A stretch of DNA of 64,000 nt, taken from NCBI GenBank assembly GCA_040380025.1, contig JBEIJY010000004.1, forward strand, positions 45,851 through 109,850, read 5' to 3'. Below the pieces are notes generated by a model that was not told where the DNA came from, searched no databases, and worked only from the letters and a program-made list of their open reading frames with translations. The translations under genes were made by a program, and so were the position numbers. Positions 26,531-35,367 of the stretch are shown piece after piece. This stretch comes from Bdellovibrionales bacterium (GTDB lineage Bacteria > Bdellovibrionota > UBA1018 > CAIMNF01). Each line of letters opens with the position of its first letter. The stretch's first letter is position 1.

Positions 26531-28261
26531 TTACGGAGTCTGAGGCGCAAAATCACCCGACCCGCCAAGAAGCCGGATCAGGAACAGGTCATAAGGGCCT
26601 ACAACCCAATTATTATAGATCAACGGGTCGTTGCGTAGCTTCCCGTTCCCCTCTGAAATACTGCCCCAGGTGTATCCAGCGCAAACCACATCCCCCGACA
26701 CAGGAACCAGTGCGACCGAGGTACAGAAGTCGCTGTTCTGGTTCTGATTCGCTGGATATTTCCACATCCCGACCGCGGCGTCCCAAACATTGGCGCCCGG
26801 GGTGAGAGGAGCGACAGTATTTTGCCCCAGACCGAGCTGTTTGGCCCAAGCAAATGTACCATTCGGGTTCAGCTTCACGACCATCGGGTCGTGCGCTCCG
26901 CCCGAGGCGGGCAGAGTTGAAAACACTCCACGCGTGAAACCAGCGCAATACACGCCCCCTGTGGAATCCACAACGATTCCATTGAATCCATCATTGGATG
27001 CATTCGCATTCGCAAGGTTCGTTGCTTTGGTGACGGCACCGAACTGCCTGACGTAATTCGTGACGCCGGCGTGCGTTAATCGAATCACGAACGCATCTCC
27101 TCCGAGACCTACATGGGCTTCAGACATGAATCCCTCGGTTTGACCGGCGCAATACACTCGATTTGAAGTATCCACGGCAACACTGGTACAAACATCGTCG
27201 CTCGCATAGGCACTCGCCGGGAGGCCCGCTGAAAGCCTGGTTCCTGCCCCGAACTGCCGGATCCAATTCACGGCGCCGGTAGAGGCCGACATCTTCATGA
27301 TCACGGCATCATCGCCTCCGCCGTTCGTCTCACGCAAATCACCGTCGGTGCTCCCGGCGCAGTACACGATGCTTGCGCGAACTGTGATTCCGTTGCACTC
27401 CTCATTCCCCTGACCGGCCGACGGAAGAAGCCCATTTACAGTTGGCAACGTGGTCATACCCAGGTGTCTCACCCAATTGGCCTGAAGGTCGGACTTGTTC
27501 AAACGCATCACCAAAATATCCTTATAGGCACCATTGCCATAGAGACTCGCATTGCGTTCATAGAAGTTTGAAGCGGTGTACCCTCCGACGTAAATATTAT
27601 TACCAATCACCGCAATCGAATTGCACTGATCGCGTGAGTTGCGACTCGCAGCCGGGTCAGCTCCCGCAGGAACTGCCGTGTTGGCCCCGAACTGGACTGC
27701 CCGCTCGATCATTCCGGTGTCTTTTCGAATCTTCAAAACAAAAATGTCTTGGTCGCCCGCATTCTGGTCGGCAATCACTCCACGGGTGTACCCGCCGCAA
27801 TAAACATGGGTCGCATCGACTGCCACACTTGTGCAATGGTCCTCGCCTTGATTGGCGACGGCACTGAGGGCAGGACTCAAGCCAGGAACTTTCGTGTTCG
27901 CCCCCAACTGCGTCAGCCAAAGAATACTGCCATTCGGAGCGATTTTCATCACGAAGGCATCCGCTTTCGAAAAGTTACCTCCCGCGCCGTCCGCGTTTAC
28001 CCAGGTGGGATCCCCGTTATTTTCTCCCAAAATTCCGTTTGTGCTTCCCGCGCAGTAGGTGTTCTGATCGGCATCGACTGCAACCGCTCTACAAATTTCT
28101 TCGTTTCGATTTGCGAATAATGGCGCTCCCGGCGCCGCCGTTTGGCGCCCCAACTGCACCGCCCCCCAGGACTGCGCCCGGCTCTCGCTTGCGCCGATCA
28201 AGGCACTGGCGACTCCGGCCCAAGCCAACAGTTTTAACGACCGCGTACGTTCTCGCTTCAT
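26531..28261 (-). CDS. Secreted Cys-rich SBBP-type 7-bladed beta-propeller, paralog 1
   Basis: Signal peptide ending ESRA-Q; seven repeats of C-x-[SG]VAVD..YCAG.T.G..DAFV.K..W..Q[LF]G; GGAG upstream of ATG 28261. Confidence 0.85.
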   Translation of the reverse strand: MKRERTRSLKLLAWAGVASALIGASESRAQSWGAVQLGRQTAAPGAPLFANRNEEICRAVAVDADQNTYCAGSTNGILGENNGDPTWVNADGAGGNFSKADAFVMKIAPNGSILWLTQLGANTKVPGLSPALSAVANQGEDHCTSVAVDATHVYCGGYTRGVIADQNAGDQDIFVLKIRKDTGMIERAVQFGANTAVPAGADPAASRNSRDQCNSIAVIGNNIYVGGYTASNFYERNASLYGNGAYKDILVMRLNKSDLQANWVRHLGMTTLPTVNGLLPSAGQGNEECNGITVRASIVYCAGSTDGDLRETNGGGDDAVIMKMSASTGAVNWIRQFGAGTRLSAGLPASAYASDDVCTSVAVDTSNRVYCAGQTEGFMSEAHVGLGGDAFVIRLTHAGVTNYVRQFGAVTKATNLANANASNDGFNGIVVDSTGGVYCAGFTRGVFSTLPASGGAHDPMVVKLNPNGTFAWAKQLGLGQNTVAPLTPGANVWDAAVGMWKYPANQNQNSDFCTSVALVPVSGDVVCAGYTWGSISEGNGKLRNDPLIYNNWVVGPYDLFLIRLLGGSGDFAPQTP

Positions 28262-28282
28262 AAGGGTTCTCCGTTCCACTTG

Positions 28283-28312
28283 ATCATCTCAATCTTGATT
28301 AATTTAATCAAG
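28283..28312 (-). promoter_or_regulatory. Shared propeller-gene promoter/operator motif, copy 1
   Basis: Minus strand TTGATT-17 nt-GATGAT with TG extension; contains palindrome CTTGATTAA-T-TTAATCAAG (28294..28312). Confidence 0.6.
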
Positions 28313-28355
28313 TATTAGAATGAAAAAAATCGCGAGCTGGCGTGTCCGGGGTGAC

Positions 28356-28505
28356 ATAAAAAGCTCTCCCACACCTTGCGCATGCCTTGAGTGTGCGGAT
28401 GGGCAAACGGGTTTGGGTGAGAAAAAGGGTTTTACCTCCGAGCCGCGTCCTGCGGCCTCGCTTTCGCCAGCCTGGCTCGCGAGAGTCGGCAACCCTCTTT
28501 TTTAT
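28356..28505. other. About 150-nt highly self-complementary intergenic element (candidate ncRNA or MITE-like insertion)
   Basis: Ends ATAAAAAG...CTTTTTTAT; two long imperfect hairpins; absent from the homologous upstream region of paralog 2. Confidence 0.4.
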
Positions 28506-28533
28506 CCGGGAACTCCCTTCCACCAAAGTCTGA

Positions 28534-28610
28534 TGGATCAGAAACGATCAAAGTGAGCGGCTTGGAACGAATTCGCCCCCCCTTCTCGACTCAAAGAAGG
28601 GAGGGCGAAG
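28534..28610 (-). repeat. 77-bp direct repeat copy 2 (3' hairpin of propeller gene 2)
   Basis: Minus strand TTCGCCCTCCCTTCT-ttgagtcg-AGAAGGGGGGGCGAA stem with G-U wobble; matches 26430..26506. Confidence 0.9.
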
Positions 28611-28640
28611 GAATTTTCGTGAATCACCGCGGTCTTGCGA

Positions 28641-30344
28641 TCACTGCGCGAACGAGCCGTCTGCGCCACGGAGACGGATCAGGAGGGCATCGTCACCGTT
28701 ACCATTCACCCACATAGGGTTATTGGTCAAACCGTTGATCTCGGTGATCGTATTATCGGTTTTCCCCGCGCAAACGATATCGCCTCCAGGGGCAACAGCG
28801 ACCCCGAAGCACCGATCATCATTTCCGGAATTCGGAAAATAATAAGTGGGATCTCCACCCGGTGTCGGGGGAGCAACCGTGGTTCTTCCGAGTTGTTTTC
28901 CCCAGCCCGGATTTCCCTGAGAATCGAGTTTTGCGACGATGACATCATAACTTGTAGAGTTACCTAGCACGCCCTGCCCATATCCGTTCTCCTCCGAAAA
29001 CACAAAGCCGGTATATCCCGAACAATACACATTGTTTTGAGCATCCACTGCGACACTCGTGAATCCGTCTTCACGCGAATTTGCCAAGGCGGGAGCATTC
29101 GCCGCTCTCGATAGGGCACCGTACTGCCGGACCCAAATTCCCGACAAGTTCACCCCCGACAACTTCATTACGAAGGCGTCCGAAAGGAAAGAAGGGTAAG
29201 TTGGACTCACCCCCGTTCCGTTGGGTTCGGAGAACATTCCCGTTGTGAATCCGGCACAGTACACATCACCATTCTGATCAATCGCCACACTGGTGCAAGC
29301 GTCCCGACCTCTGTTTGCAAGCGCATTTTGAACCCACTTGGTCGTGGCTCCATACTGCTTGATCGCTTGTCGAGCGCCGTTCGTGGTGCGAAGTTTCAAC
29401 ACGAACGCATCGTCGAATATCGGGGCCTCGGCCAAGTGACCATTAGTGCCCCCCACGCAGAAAACGCTCGATCCAACCGCAACTCCATTGCATTCTTCAT
29501 CTCCTTTGTTCGCACTGACCTGAGGAACATTCGGAGCTCTCGTGAGGTTCCCGAAATGGGTTACCCAGCTCAAGTTTCCGGTCGATTTCGCTAGCCTCAT
29601 CACCAATAAGTCCCTGGTGCCGGCCGGACCCACATTCAACTCCTTGAAGCTTCCGGAGGTGGAACCACCACAAAACACCGAACCGTTCACCAACGAATCG
29701 ACCGCGATTGACTTGCAAACATCGTCCCCTGCGCGGGATGCTTGAGCGTTCGCTCCCGGTATGCTCGTAGTGGCACCGAATTGCTTGACCCACTGAATCG
29801 CGCCATCACTCGCACTCAACTTCATTACGAACGCATCCTTCCCACCGGCGTTCGGTTCGGCAATCACCCCCGTGGTGGAACCACCGCAGTAAACAAATCC
29901 ATTTGCAACCGCAACAGACAAACACGCATCATCCCCAAGATTGGCTTGGGCAAGGAGCGCAGGGGCTAAGTTCGGAGCCTTGGTGGTTTGACCAAGCTGG
30001 ATCACCCACTCAATTGTGCCACTCGGAGCGATCTTCATGACAAATGCGTCACCCGGTCCCCAGCCGTACCCGTAATAGGGGGCAACTGCAGGAACCGCAT
30101 TTTGTTCTCCGAGAATTCCTGTGGTGCTTCCGGCACAGTAGGTGTTTCCGCTCGCATCGACCGCCACCCCATTGCACCGATCAAATCCGATATTCGCATA
30201 TGGAGAGACTCCTGGCGCCGATGTGAGAGTCCCCAACTGCACCGCCCCCCAGGACTGCGCCCGAACCTCGCTTGCGCCCATCAGGGCGCTGGCCACACCG
30301 GCCCATGCCCAAAATTTTACCGACCGCGTACGTGCTCGCTTCAT
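28641..30344 (-). CDS. Secreted Cys-rich SBBP-type 7-bladed beta-propeller, paralog 2
   Basis: N-terminus highly similar to paralog 1 (AWAGVASAL.GASE.RAQSWGAVQLG); seven blades. Confidence 0.85.
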   Translation of the reverse strand: MKRARTRSVKFWAWAGVASALMGASEVRAQSWGAVQLGTLTSAPGVSPYANIGFDRCNGVAVDASGNTYCAGSTTGILGEQNAVPAVAPYYGYGWGPGDAFVMKIAPSGTIEWVIQLGQTTKAPNLAPALLAQANLGDDACLSVAVANGFVYCGGSTTGVIAEPNAGGKDAFVMKLSASDGAIQWVKQFGATTSIPGANAQASRAGDDVCKSIAVDSLVNGSVFCGGSTSGSFKELNVGPAGTRDLLVMRLAKSTGNLSWVTHFGNLTRAPNVPQVSANKGDEECNGVAVGSSVFCVGGTNGHLAEAPIFDDAFVLKLRTTNGARQAIKQYGATTKWVQNALANRGRDACTSVAIDQNGDVYCAGFTTGMFSEPNGTGVSPTYPSFLSDAFVMKLSGVNLSGIWVRQYGALSRAANAPALANSREDGFTSVAVDAQNNVYCSGYTGFVFSEENGYGQGVLGNSTSYDVIVAKLDSQGNPGWGKQLGRTTVAPPTPGGDPTYYFPNSGNDDRCFGVAVAPGGDIVCAGKTDNTITEINGLTNNPMWVNGNGDDALLIRLRGADGSFAQ

Positions 30345-30366
30345 TGAAGTTCTCCCATCTCACTTG

Positions 30367-30396
30367 ATCATCTCAATCCTGATTTATTTAATCAAG
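30367..30396 (-). promoter_or_regulatory. Shared propeller-gene promoter/operator motif, copy 2
   Basis: Minus strand CTTGATTAAATAAATCAGGATTGAGATGAT. Confidence 0.6.
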
Positions 30397-30449
30397 TAAT
30401 AAGATCAAAAACCGTCGCAAGTGTGTCCGGGATGACTCGAATCAGGATT

Positions 30450-31814
30450 TTACTGTGCGACCGCCTGCTTGATGACCTCAGAATCGGTCACCCGCATGAA
30501 CTCGAGCTCCACACGGCGGTTTCGGGCGTGGGCGCTTTCGCTCTCGCCCCGATCGATCGGCTTGGTTTCGCCGTAGCCGATCGCTTTTACCTTTTGGGCA
30601 GAAACTCCTCCCTCGATCAGGAGCCTGCGCACTGTCTCGGCCCGACGAAGCGAAAGATCCATGTTGAACTTGTCTGATCCGCGGGTGTCGGTGTGGCCCG
30701 AAACGATCAGCGACTTCCAGGCGCGGTTGTGCTTCGAAAGATACCGACCGATGTTTCGAACCCTGCGCTGATGCGGAATCGGCAAATGCGTGTCATTGAA
30801 GTCGAACGGCAGATCGTTGAAGCCCATCGAGAGAATCAGCTTCTTCGCCGGCTTCGGAGCGGCTCGGACCACCGGAGTGGGCTCAGGAGTCGGCTCAGGC
30901 GTGGGCTCCGGGGTCGGTTCTGGTGTCGGTTCTGGAGTTGGTTCAGGAGTCGGCTCAGGTGTGGGCTCCGGGGTCGGTTCGGGAGTTGGTTCGGGGGTTG
31001 GCTCAGGTGTGGGCTCCGGGGTCGGCTCGGGAGTCGGCTCGGGCGTGGGCTGGGGCTTTGCTCCGGCGCGATCGAGATCATACGAGTCGATCTGTTCGTA
31101 GTTTTTTTGCTTCGCGGTTGGAGTGTCGTCGTCGCTGAACGCATCAAACCCGATCTGAAAAAACACCTGAAACTGATTGAATCCCCGCTCGGATGCGCTG
31201 ATGTTGCTGAGCCAGCGGGCGCCGAGGCGGTATTTTCTCATGCGGTCCCATTCGTAGACCGCCTGGACACCCAAAAGTTTCGCATTGTTCGTTTGCTGGA
31301 GCGAGGTGGGATCGAGATTCAACCCGTTGTCGGTTCCGAACCAGTAATTGAACTCCGGTCCGATCTGAAACTTGCGGCTCATCCGCCAGCGGGCCGAAAC
31401 ATCGGCAAATGCAACCTTGGTCCTGGTCGAGATCGTGTCGGTCCCCCGCTTGCCGCTCGCAGAGAGGTACTGCCAACCCATTCCCCCGTCGAACACGAAA
31501 TCCTCAAAAATCCCCGAAATCAACCCACGCACTCCACCCGAAAACCCGCTCCGCGTCTCTTCGTCCGTACGAACGGGCGAGTAGCTTGCCGCTCCGAGAT
31601 CGAACCCCAAGAACAACCACCAGTGCTTTTGACTCAAATCGGGGTACACGACCGGAGCTTCTTCGGCAGGGGCATCCGGCATGATCACGGTCTCGGGGAT
31701 CAGCTCGGCATTGGCGGCGGGCCTCGACTTGGGTCGCGAAGAACGCCTGGGTGCGGCTTCGGTCGGGAGAGCGAGAATCAAAGCCAGAACGGCGAGCAGG
31801 ATCCGTGCGTGCAT
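30450..31814 (-). CDS. OmpA-family outer-membrane protein (beta-barrel, PTPE linker, OmpA peptidoglycan-binding domain)
   Basis: Signal peptide [10 protein letters not shown]..; [29 protein letters not shown]; start trimmed from ORF 32018. Confidence 0.9.
   Translation of the reverse strand: MHARILLAVLALILALPTEAAPRRSSRPKSRPAANAELIPETVIMPDAPAEEAPVVYPDLSQKHWWLFLGFDLGAASYSPVRTDEETRSGFSGGVRGLISGIFEDFVFDGGMGWQYLSASGKRGTDTISTRTKVAFADVSARWRMSRKFQIGPEFNYWFGTDNGLNLDPTSLQQTNNAKLLGVQAVYEWDRMRKYRLGARWLSNISASERGFNQFQVFFQIGFDAFSDDDTPTAKQKNYEQIDSYDLDRAGAKPQPTPEPTPEPTPEPTPEPTPEPTPEPTPEPTPEPTPEPTPEPTPEPTPEPTPEPTPEPTPVVRAAPKPAKKLILSMGFNDLPFDFNDTHLPIPHQRRVRNIGRYLSKHNRAWKSLIVSGHTDTRGSDKFNMDLSLRRAETVRRLLIEGGVSAQKVKAIGYGETKPIDRGESESAHARNRRVELEFMRVTDSEVIKQAVAQ
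30873..31049 (-). repeat. 12-bp coding tandem repeat, (PTPE)x14 plus PTP
   Basis: Read directly; third positions vary synonymously. Confidence 0.95.
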
Positions 31815-31860
31815 GACTGAAATTGTAAGGGACAAACCGCGTGCTTGAAAAGCGCAATCC

Positions 31861-33477
31861 CTAGCGCCGAAGCTCGTCCCGAAGAGCCGACTCCAAAAGC
31901 GGCACCCAAGGGGCGCCGTGGTCTTTTCTGGAAAGGTGGAGTGGTTGCCGGCGCCGGACAAAGTCCTCGACCGTGAGAACCATCTGGTGGCGGACCGCAT
32001 ACCGGAACTGCGCCTCAAGAAACGGAAACCCCTCGGGGTCGGTCGTGTCGGGCTTGCAGTGGCTTTGATGGATCTCGTAAATCACCAGCGCATCGGATCC
32101 GTAGCGTTCCCAGAGCGCATCGGGAATCTTCCAGCCGCGGGCCCGCGCAAGCTCACGCGCCGACTGCACTTCGCCCGGCATGGCGGGCTCAAAGAGCGGC
32201 ACGTTCGTGTTCGGTTTTCTTGTCTCGTGTTTTCGGGATCGCGGATCGCGTGTCGCAAAATTGACGATTTCTTCGGCCATTTTGCGAAATGTCGTGTACT
32301 TGCCGCCGGCGACGATCACCGATTCCCCCGGGCCGTCCGCGATCGTGTGCTCGCGCGAAACGTTCTGAAGCGCTCCACCACCCGCCTCTGCGTCTTTCGC
32401 AGGGTTCACAAGGGGGCGGATCCCGATGTAGTGGCTCACCACATCGTTCTCGTTCAGCCCGAGATCAGGAAAATACTTCGAGAGGAGCTCAAGAAGATAC
32501 GCCTGGTCGGCGACGATCGCAGCCGACTCGTCTTCGATTCGATCGGGCGGAAGCGAGCATGGGCCATCGGTCGTACCCACGATCGTGACTCCCGCGCCGA
32601 AATCGCGCCTCGGAATCACAAAGGCGATCCGGCCGTCCTCGATTTGCATCGTGACCGCACCCGGCACCGGAAACCGCTTCCAGTCGAACACCAAATGGAG
32701 TCCGCGGCTCGGCGCAAGCCAGTTCCGCCACGCCTGCCCATCGAGGGATTTTCCGACCTCGTCCGTCCAGGCGCCGGCGCAAACGATGAGTTTGCGAAAC
32801 CGCGTGCGAATGGTTTTACCCGAGAGCGCATCCTGCAGGGTCATGCCGGTGATGCGGCCCCCGGAATCACGAGAGGGCTCGACCGCTTTTACTCTTGAGG
32901 CAATGCAGGCGCCGTTTTGATGGGCTTTCAAGAGCACATCCAAAACAAGGGCGTCATCCCACATCGAGGCGTCGAAATATTTGAACGTACAGCGCAGACC
33001 CTTCTTTTGAATGCCGGGAATCGAACGCGCCGAGACTCCGGCCGAGAGACGCTGATGAAGCCCGGGCGCGCGGAAGAGCGAAAGCAGATCGTAGAACCAC
33101 ATTCCGGCACTCAGAAGGAGCGGCGAATGGGGACTGTTGTCGTACACGGGCATGTAAAACGAGAGCGGACGAACCAGATGAGGCGCGGACTGCAACAAAT
33201 ACGACCTCTCGCTCAGGGCCTCAAATACAAGTGGAAACTCATAGTGCTCAAGATACCGAAGCCCGCCGTGCACGAGCTTCGAGGAGCGCGAGGAGGTTCC
33301 GTGGGCGAAGTCGTCTTTTTCGACAAGGGCCACTTTATAGCCGCGCGAGGAGGCATCCCAGGCCACGCCTGCTCCGGTGATTCCGCCTCCGATGACCAAG
33401 AAATCGAACTCCTCTTCCGCGAGTCGATCAAGATTTTCGGACCGCGTGGTGAACGAGAACTCGGGGGTGGCGGTCAT
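31861..33477 (-). CDS. glpD: FAD-dependent glycerol-3-phosphate dehydrogenase/oxidase
   Basis: [39 protein letters not shown]. Confidence 0.92.
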   Translation of the reverse strand: MTATPEFSFTTRSENLDRLAEEEFDFLVIGGGITGAGVAWDASSRGYKVALVEKDDFAHGTSSRSSKLVHGGLRYLEHYEFPLVFEALSERSYLLQSAPHLVRPLSFYMPVYDNSPHSPLLLSAGMWFYDLLSLFRAPGLHQRLSAGVSARSIPGIQKKGLRCTFKYFDASMWDDALVLDVLLKAHQNGACIASRVKAVEPSRDSGGRITGMTLQDALSGKTIRTRFRKLIVCAGAWTDEVGKSLDGQAWRNWLAPSRGLHLVFDWKRFPVPGAVTMQIEDGRIAFVIPRRDFGAGVTIVGTTDGPCSLPPDRIEDESAAIVADQAYLLELLSKYFPDLGLNENDVVSHYIGIRPLVNPAKDAEAGGGALQNVSREHTIADGPGESVIVAGGKYTTFRKMAEEIVNFATRDPRSRKHETRKPNTNVPLFEPAMPGEVQSARELARARGWKIPDALWERYGSDALVIYEIHQSHCKPDTTDPEGFPFLEAQFRYAVRHQMVLTVEDFVRRRQPLHLSRKDHGAPWVPLLESALRDELRR

Positions 33478-35297
33478 TTGGGGGTTTTGACCACCATGAC
33501 ATTCAGCTCCTGAAGCTGCTCGCGGGTCACCTCAGATGGGGTTCCCGCCATGATGTCCATTCCGCGCTGGTTCTTCGGAAACGCCATCACATCGCGAATC
33601 GGGCCCACTCCGCACAAGAGCGCGGCAAGGCGATCGACCCCGAAGGCAAGCCCGCCGTGGGGAGGCGTTCCGTACTGGAGCGCCTCGATGAAGAATCCGA
33701 ATTTTTCTTTTGCTTCTTCGGGGGTGAGTCCGAGCAAACGGAACATCGCGGCCTGCACGTCGGAGCGGTAAATCCGCAAGGATCCTCCCCCGACTTCGAC
33801 GCCGTTCAGGACCATGTCGTAGGCCGAAGCCTCGATGCGGTCGAGGTTGCGCCCGTGAATGAAGTCTTCAAAAAACTCAGGCCTGGGCGAGGTGAACGGA
33901 TGATGGCAGGCAAAGTAGCGGCCTTCTTTTTCGTCGAACTCCAGAAGCGGAAAGTTCACGACCCAAAGGAACGCGAACTTCTTCTCTTCGGGTTTCGGGA
34001 TCATTCCGAGGCGGTGGCCGATTTCGAGTCGGAGCGCGCCGAGGGCATCGAACACGACCTTGTTCCGGTCGGCGACGATGAGAACAAGAGACCCGGGCTT
34101 CAGTTCCAGGCGGCTGGTGAGATTCGCCTTTTCTTCGGCCGAGAAGAACTTCGCCGCCGGAGACTGCATCTCGCCTTCGGGAGTGATTTTGATCCAGAGA
34201 AGCCCTTTGGCTCCATGCGTGGAGGCACTTTTGGTAAGATCATCGAGATCCTTGCGCGAAAACTGATCGGCCTTGCCGTGGACTACAAGCGCCCGGACCG
34301 AGCCGCGGATTCCGCGCGCATCCGGCGCGAGCGCGCCCGAAAACACCTGAAACGCCGAGCCCGAGAAAATCTCGGAAAGATCCTGAAGCTCGAGCCCGAA
34401 GCGCACATCGGGCTTGTCGCTCCCGAATCGGCTCATGGCCTCGGCATACGGCATGCGCGGGAAGGGCCGCGGAATGTCGACCCCGAGGATTTCCTTCCAG
34501 AGCTTTTGCATCATTTCTTCGAGAATCGGGAAGAGGTCTTCTTCGTCCAGAAAGGAAGTCTCGATGTCGATCTGCGAGAACTCGGGCTGGCGGTCGGCGC
34601 GCAGGTCTTCGTCGCGAAAACACCGCGCGATCTGAAAATACCGGTCCATCCCGGAGATCATCAGAAGCTGCTTCAGGGTCTGGGGCGATTGCGGGAGCGC
34701 ATAGAATGATCCGGGGTGCATGCGCGAGGGCACGATGAAATCGCGGGCACCCTCGGGCGTGCTCTTGTACAAAATGGGAGTCTCGATCTCGATGAACCGA
34801 TGGGAATCGAGGTGGCTTCGCACCATCTGCAGCATTTTATGGCGGGTCAGGAGGTTCTTTTGCAGGTAGGGGCGGCGAAGATCGAGGTAGCGGTACTCCA
34901 GCCGAAGATGCTCGGCCACGTCGACGTCGTCTTCGATCTGGAAGGGCGGGGTTTTGGCTTCTGAGAGGATCACCAAGTCCGAGCAGGCGACTTCAATCGC
35001 GCCCGTTGAAAGCCTGGGGTTCGTCATTCCTTCTGGTCGGGAGCGAACGGTCCCCTTGCACCAAAGAACGTATTCGGAGCGGAGCTTTCCGGCCAGCTCG
35101 TGGGCAGGCGCCCCACCCGAAAGGGCCGGATCGAAAACGATTTGGGTCAGTCCGTACCGATCGCGTAAATCGATGAAGATGAGTCCCCCGTGGTCGCGGC
35201 GCTTGGCCACCCATCCACAAAGCTGAACCTCGCGGTTCAGTTGTCCGGTTCCGAGTTCCCCACAGGTGTGCGTCCGATTCGTCCTCTTCTGACTCAT
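33474..35297 (-). CDS. aspS: Aspartate-tRNA ligase, likely non-discriminating (Asp/Asn)
   Basis: RTHTCGEL, RRDHGG and RPEG (non-discriminating-type H/G), FRDEDLRADRQPEF, PPHGGLAFGVDR. Confidence 0.97.
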   Translation of the reverse strand: MSQKRTNRTHTCGELGTGQLNREVQLCGWVAKRRDHGGLIFIDLRDRYGLTQIVFDPALSGGAPAHELAGKLRSEYVLWCKGTVRSRPEGMTNPRLSTGAIEVACSDLVILSEAKTPPFQIEDDVDVAEHLRLEYRYLDLRRPYLQKNLLTRHKMLQMVRSHLDSHRFIEIETPILYKSTPEGARDFIVPSRMHPGSFYALPQSPQTLKQLLMISGMDRYFQIARCFRDEDLRADRQPEFSQIDIETSFLDEEDLFPILEEMMQKLWKEILGVDIPRPFPRMPYAEAMSRFGSDKPDVRFGLELQDLSEIFSGSAFQVFSGALAPDARGIRGSVRALVVHGKADQFSRKDLDDLTKSASTHGAKGLLWIKITPEGEMQSPAAKFFSAEEKANLTSRLELKPGSLVLIVADRNKVVFDALGALRLEIGHRLGMIPKPEEKKFAFLWVVNFPLLEFDEKEGRYFACHHPFTSPRPEFFEDFIHGRNLDRIEASAYDMVLNGVEVGGGSLRIYRSDVQAAMFRLLGLTPEEAKEKFGFFIEALQYGTPPHGGLAFGVDRLAALLCGVGPIRDVMAFPKNQRGMDIMAGTPSEVTREQLQELNVMVVKTPK

Positions 35298-35367
35298 ACC
35301 GAAACTACTCTACCGATTGACGGAACCCTTTACAATAACTACAGTACACTAAAAGGAAAAATCCGTT

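Noticed and set aside
28294..28312. FNR box
   Set aside because: TTGAT/ATCAA half-sites are 7 nt apart, not 4
28420..28505. c-di-GMP-I riboswitch or SRP RNA (GGGTTGCCGA and a GAAA loop on the minus strand)
   Set aside because: Motif order does not fit either family, and the element lies upstream of the predicted promoter; kept only as an unknown structured element
26430..28610. 77-bp repeats as integron attC sites or CRISPR repeats
   Set aside because: No RYYYAAC/GTTRRRY boxes, no integrase or cas genes, only two copies 2.1 kb apart
30873..31049. Tandem repeat as a CRISPR array, or the antisense (GSGV)n ORF as a gene
   Set aside because: In-frame PTPE linker of the OmpA gene; no spacers
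31815..32018. N-terminal extensions in the ORF track (OmpA; likewise maeB, rpsO, lipB, the second MlaF and the 5570 ORF)
   Set aside because: They overlap neighbouring genes or precede the signal peptide or family start; downstream starts were used
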